12,994 nt of DNA from Octopus sinensis (Eukaryota). The stretch covers positions 1-12,994 of the forward strand of contig NW_021826293.1 in NCBI RefSeq assembly GCF_006345805.1, read 5' to 3'. Below, in pieces: positions 8,090 to 12,994 of the stretch. Position numbers and translations under genes: made by a program. Within the stretch, counting starts at the first letter, position 1, and each line of letters begins with the position of its first letter. The notes beneath the pieces were generated by a model. That model was not told the origin of the DNA. It was given only the letters and a program-made list of their open reading frames with translations, and did not search any database.

Positions 8090-8137
8090 GCATATAAATG
8101 TATGTACGTGTGTGTATATATATATATATGGTAGGAG

Positions 8138-8222
<85 letters not shown>

Positions 8223-8270
8223 TGTGTGTGTTTGTGTGTATGTGCATGTGTGTGTGCATATATACATATA
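8090..8270. repeat. (TA)n/(TG)n microsatellite
   Basis: Direct reading. Confidence 0.95.
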
Positions 8271-8419
8271 TAACTCTATAAGGATAACTACACATGTATG
8301 TATATTCATATATTAGCATATACGTACGCAAAAATACAAATACAAACACATGCAAATGTATTCTGGATTTACTTGGGTACAAGGAGGTCTTGAATATTAT
8401 GATACCCCAGATTTTTAAT

Positions 8420-9550
8420 TGAAATTAATAAAACGTTTTATCCTCTCTTATTATTTTCACACTCGAGCATGATGCTACAGTCTCCTCAAATTTTCAGCTA
8501 GTATTAAATTTCTTGCATTATATACCAGTATATATAAATTATCCGCCAACGAAACCGTTTTGAATAACAACGCTGACTTTTATAACTCAGCTTTGCATAA
8601 AGCAGGATATAAGAAACAAATTATATATTATAACCACCTTGGCCCCAACTATACTAATAACAATAACAGTAGTAATAACAATAATAGCAGTAATAGACAC
8701 AATAACAACAAAAATACTTATCTTGCTCCTACCATTGTCAATAATCCAAATAATGTCCAATTTCGTCAAAATAACCATTTTCTTTAACCTCGTAATCCTA
8801 AAAATGAATAAAGGGGAAGTAACCATGCTTCCTCTTCCTTTTTTCGCTACAGTAATAACACCAGTTTTTTTTAAATAATAAATCTAGCAAAATATCACAC
8901 AACCCTGATAAAAATATTTGGTTGATTATTCCATACGGTAAAAAAGTAAAAAGTAACCTTTCCCTCTTATTTCGTCAAGCTATAAAAAGAAACTTCCATA
9001 TTATTTCAATATACCACTCGATTTTCAACACACACCGTATCAGTGTAGGGTACTCTGACACCAACAACATCTCACATATTATATCTTCACATAACAGCTA
9101 TATTCTAAGAGGTTACGATATCTCTCCTCATAATTCTAATAACCTTATTAACACTAACAATAATATTAACGATAATCTCTCTTTAAATAATAACATCAAC
9201 GTAACCAGCATTTTCAATTGTGGCCCTAATAAACCCTGTGTTCCAAATGGAAGCTGCCGAATTAAAATGCCGTATACCAATGCAAGGTTATCTCTAATAA
9301 CAAGACTTTTTAAAATATAGGTTTATCCTTTACGTTTTTGAAATCCAGACTGGCTAACTATTTCTCTACCTTCAAATACAATCGAAAGTATAACTCCACT
9401 GGACTTAGTAAAGTAATCTGGCACCTTAAAGACTCTAACAAAATTATTTCTTTAGAATGGAAAATTTTATCTAGTTCTTTTCCCTATGATAAAGGGAAAT
9501 CTTTGTGTCCTCTTTGTGCGGAAGAGCAATTTTTTTTATTCTCTTTTCCA
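8420..9550 (+). mobile_element. Decayed Penelope-like retroelement fragment: RT C-terminus/thumb, Cys-rich linker and C-terminal GIY-YIG endonuclease
   Basis: Stitched translation: KLSANETVLNNNADFYNSALHKAGY (thumb-like); KNIWLIIPYGKKVKSN...IFNTHRISVGYS...IISSHN (WFNPPY...IFN...SYSC...IISSHN-like block); FNCGPNKPCVPNGSC; then, after a -1 shift at the A-run 9264-9267, NAVYQCKVISNNKTF*NIGLSFTFLKSRLANY (GIY/YIG motifs and catalytic Arg), STGLSKVIWHLK...LEWKIL...CPLCAEE. Stops at 8470, 8785 and 9311. Family recognition is from memory of PLE proteins. Confidence 0.88.
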
Positions 9551-9566
9551 AACATATACATATATA

Positions 9567-9703
9567 GGCGCCGGCGTCGCTGTGGTAAGAAGCTTGCTTC
9601 TCAACCATATGGTTCTGGGTTCAGTTTCAGTGCGTGGACAAGTGTCTTCTATTATAGCCTCGGACCGATCAAAGCCTTCTGAGTGGATTTGGTAGACGGA
9701 AAC
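9567..9703 (+). mobile_element. Head plus CORE-like part of the 2271-2705 SINE family, tail absent
   Basis: GGCGCCGGCGTCGCTGTGGTAAGAAGCTTGCTT...GGGTTCAGTTTCAGTGCGTGG...CAAGTGTCTTCTATTATAGCCTCGG...GGATTTGGTAGACGGAAAC aligns with 2291-2442. Confidence 0.9.
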
Positions 9704-10089
9704 ATACATATATTCATATAACGAATGTTGAATTGTGTCGAAGGCTAAGACCGAGAGAAGAGTGCTTAATACATGCTGTAGAGCATATGATTTATTTAAA
9801 CCAAATTTTTGTTTCATGTCTCTGCAATCTTCAGGCGAGAATTGTTATATCTCAGTTTAGAGATTTATGTATACTCGTTGATGTGTGTATGCGTGGGATC
9901 TCACGATTATGTTTGTGTATAGCTTTTAATAAGTTGTGTTATTGATTTATTAATTAATTAGATAACCACATTGTCGGAAGATTTTTCCCTGTGTATATCA
10001 GACGGTGCAATCTAATTAAATCAAAGTTTGTATGAATGTAAATCTTGTCGTTAGTTTGTCTATAGTTTTGCTATTTATTTCTATGCTCT

Positions 10090-10192
10090 TTCTCCACACA
10101 CACGCACACACAGACACACACATACACATATTAACTTGAGTTATATATACATAAATATATACATTAACTTAAAGAATTATATATATATGCAA

Positions 10193-10236
<44 letters not shown>

Positions 10237-10310
10237 GCGTGACTATGTGTGTGTGTGTATTTATCCATCTATCTATCTATACACATATACGTACATATGT
10301 ATACACACAC
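10090..10310. repeat. CA/TA/TG microsatellite region
   Basis: Direct reading. Confidence 0.9.
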
Positions 10311-10890
10311 TTGTTCAAGAAAGCCAGAGGAACACAGCTCCCCGTTGGACGTCAGTAATAAAAAGTGAAAACTTGCATGGCAGTTGCCTATAAACTCAGC
10401 TGAATGGTGAGAGAAATGATGCGTACCGTCTGCTTTCATCAGAAGGCAATATGCAAATGCACAAGTTACATCATTCGAGTAACCGCCTTTTTGAACATGG
10501 TGTAGAAAGCAGAGCAGCAGTCAATTTGTCTACAGGACACGCAGCCTCCAAGTAACTAATTCCAATCTTAAGATGACCAACGCAGAACCGTACTCTGAGG
10601 TTACGTCTAATGTATTTTTGATTGAGGAGTCAGAACTTATTAATGAGGTTAAAATTCTCTTAGCAAGGTATTTTACCTATATAATCATATAACGTTCATG
10701 CTACTTAGAAGACACAAGACAACACAACCGAGAATCATTACAGATGAAGAAACAGACATACCAAAGTATATTGCCTTTCATAGTTGCAGAAAAAGTTTAT
10801 GATTGAGTTAGTATGATGTTCCTTGAGCAAAACATGGTTTGTATTCACACTAATATTACACATAACGCCAATCGATATAGTTAGGGTTAG

Positions 10891-11227
<337 letters not shown>

Positions 11228-12315
11228 TACACACATACATAACACACACACACATACACATACACACACATACGCACACACACATATACTTATACACATG
11301 CACACACACACATACATACATACACCCATACACATACACACACATACCTACATACTCCTATACGCACATACATACACACAGACATACACACATACACACT
11401 CACACAAACATACACACACACATACTTACACACACACTCACCTGCACGCGCACACACATGCATGACAAACACCCATACACTCACACTCACATACGCACAC
11501 ACCAACAAAAAACACGCACACGCACACACACACCTACACTCCCACCACATACACACCACCTAATTACACACACGCACGCACGCATACACACGCACACACA
11601 CGCATACACACATACATTACACACGTACACACACACCTACATACACATGCATACACACACACACAAACATGCACGACACACCCAGACATACATACATACA
11701 CTATATACACACGCCCCACCACCTACATACACACACATATACACACGCCCACACACCTACATACACACACATACACGGACACACCCATACATACTTACAT
11801 ACATAAACCTATACACACACGCCTACACACCTACATACACACACATGCATACACACACACACATGTACGCACATACACACACATATACGCACATACATAT
11901 ATACCCACACACATGCACACACACACACATACGCACATGCATGCATGCATGCACACGCGCACACCTACACGCATACACACAACATACGCACGTACACATA
12001 CATACATACAAACACACATACATACACCCATACACATACATGCATCCTACACACACATACATAACACTCACACATACATATACACACACACACACTCACT
12101 CACACACTGTATGTACGCGCACACACATGCACATACACGCACTTCCACACACCCACACGTACATACATACACACTCATACACATACACACCACACACACA
12201 CGGACATACATCTATGCACACACATATATACAACATACTCACATACATTCATCGGACACACTGACACCCAGACATACACACAGACACACCACACATCCAC
12301 AACATTACATACTTA
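11228..12315. repeat. About 1.1 kb of degenerate (CA)n/(CATA)n low-complexity sequence
   Basis: Direct reading; produces the His/Thr-rich and Cys/Val-rich pseudo-ORFs. Confidence 0.93.
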
Positions 12316-12994
12316 CGCGCATACTCGCAGGCGCGCGCCCACACGCGCTTGCGCCGTTCGCGCACGCATACGCGCCGCATGCACCTCGCCTTGGACCCGA
12401 CGAGACCTCCCGCTCGTTCGGGACCGTCGCTTGTCGTTGGGTTTTCCCACGCCCGTCTCCGCGGGACCACTCTTCCATCTTCCCCTCAGCTGTAGTCCTT
12501 TTTCCTTAAACCCCCCCTTTTTTGTTACACACACGCGCACACATATACACACATGCTTAAATATATACATTACTCTTACACACATTCAATCTACTCGCCA
12601 TTAATACTACCACGACACTGGACACACACACACACTACTACTCAACACACGTGGCACGCTACATACGCCCCACCCCTCCCCTCCCTCCCTTCTCTTTTCT
12701 TCTTTTTCTTACTACTGACCACTGTCTGCTTGCCTACCACTGTTCGCCCTACCTCACACACCTACACACAGACGCACAACACTAACAACATACATATATT
12801 TTTGTTTTTTATCTCGCCTCACACAACACATACACACACGCACACGCACACACTCACACATACACACACATATGTTGCGTTACCAACCTGGTCTCCACTC
12901 TTTGGCTTTAAAAACCTACTTTGCTCTTGTTATCGTAAACTTCCGCCTTTCACCATGTGTAACTGTAAACACCAGTCGTTTTTTTCTATCCTGT

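Noticed and set aside
8470-8472. In-frame TGA in the Penelope-like element as possible selenocysteine (reported for Naiad PLEs)
   Set aside because: It is not at an evident conserved Cys, the motif cysteines use TGT/TGC, and the copy also has TAA stops and frameshifts.
9942-10024. Imperfect AT-rich inverted repeat TTGATTTA...TTAATTAGAT / ATCTAATTAAATCAA
   Set aside because: It needs a 7-nt gap and is very AT-rich, so it is compatible with chance; no TSD is evident.
10395-10690. Two short coding-looking frames (about 53 and 39 codons) and a minus-strand CTGATGA
   Set aside because: No recognisable homology or convincing splice sites, and no GAAA box follows the CTGATGA.
11458-12264. 268-aa His/Thr-rich ORF
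   Set aside because: It is the translation of degenerate (CA)n sequence.

Overview
Eukaryotic, repeat-saturated, non-genic DNA (intergenic or intronic). Several repeats match my recollection of octopus (coleoid cephalopod) interspersed repeats, so the taxon call is an inference and was not searched. No intact protein-coding gene can be supported; nearly all listed ORFs are translations of di-, tri- or tetranucleotide microsatellites. Supported content: (1) a decayed Penelope-like retroelement fragment at ~8420-9550 (+) spanning the RT C-terminus/thumb, a Cys-rich linker and a GIY-YIG endonuclease, broken by stops and frameshifts; (2) a minimal type I hammerhead ribozyme motif at 211-245 (-) inside a probable Penelope pseudo-LTR fragment; (3) several tRNA-derived SINE copies and fragments; (4) a ~2.5 kb mosaic of trinucleotide repeats including (GAA)28-AAA-(GAA)26 and two higher-order arrays; (5) several fold-back structures that look like templated-insertion scars, plus one pre-miRNA-sized hairpin. 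The last ~1.8 kb is degenerate CA-rich sequence and may be of low base quality. I see no convincing new multi-gene system; the best leads are RNA-level and repair-scar features.
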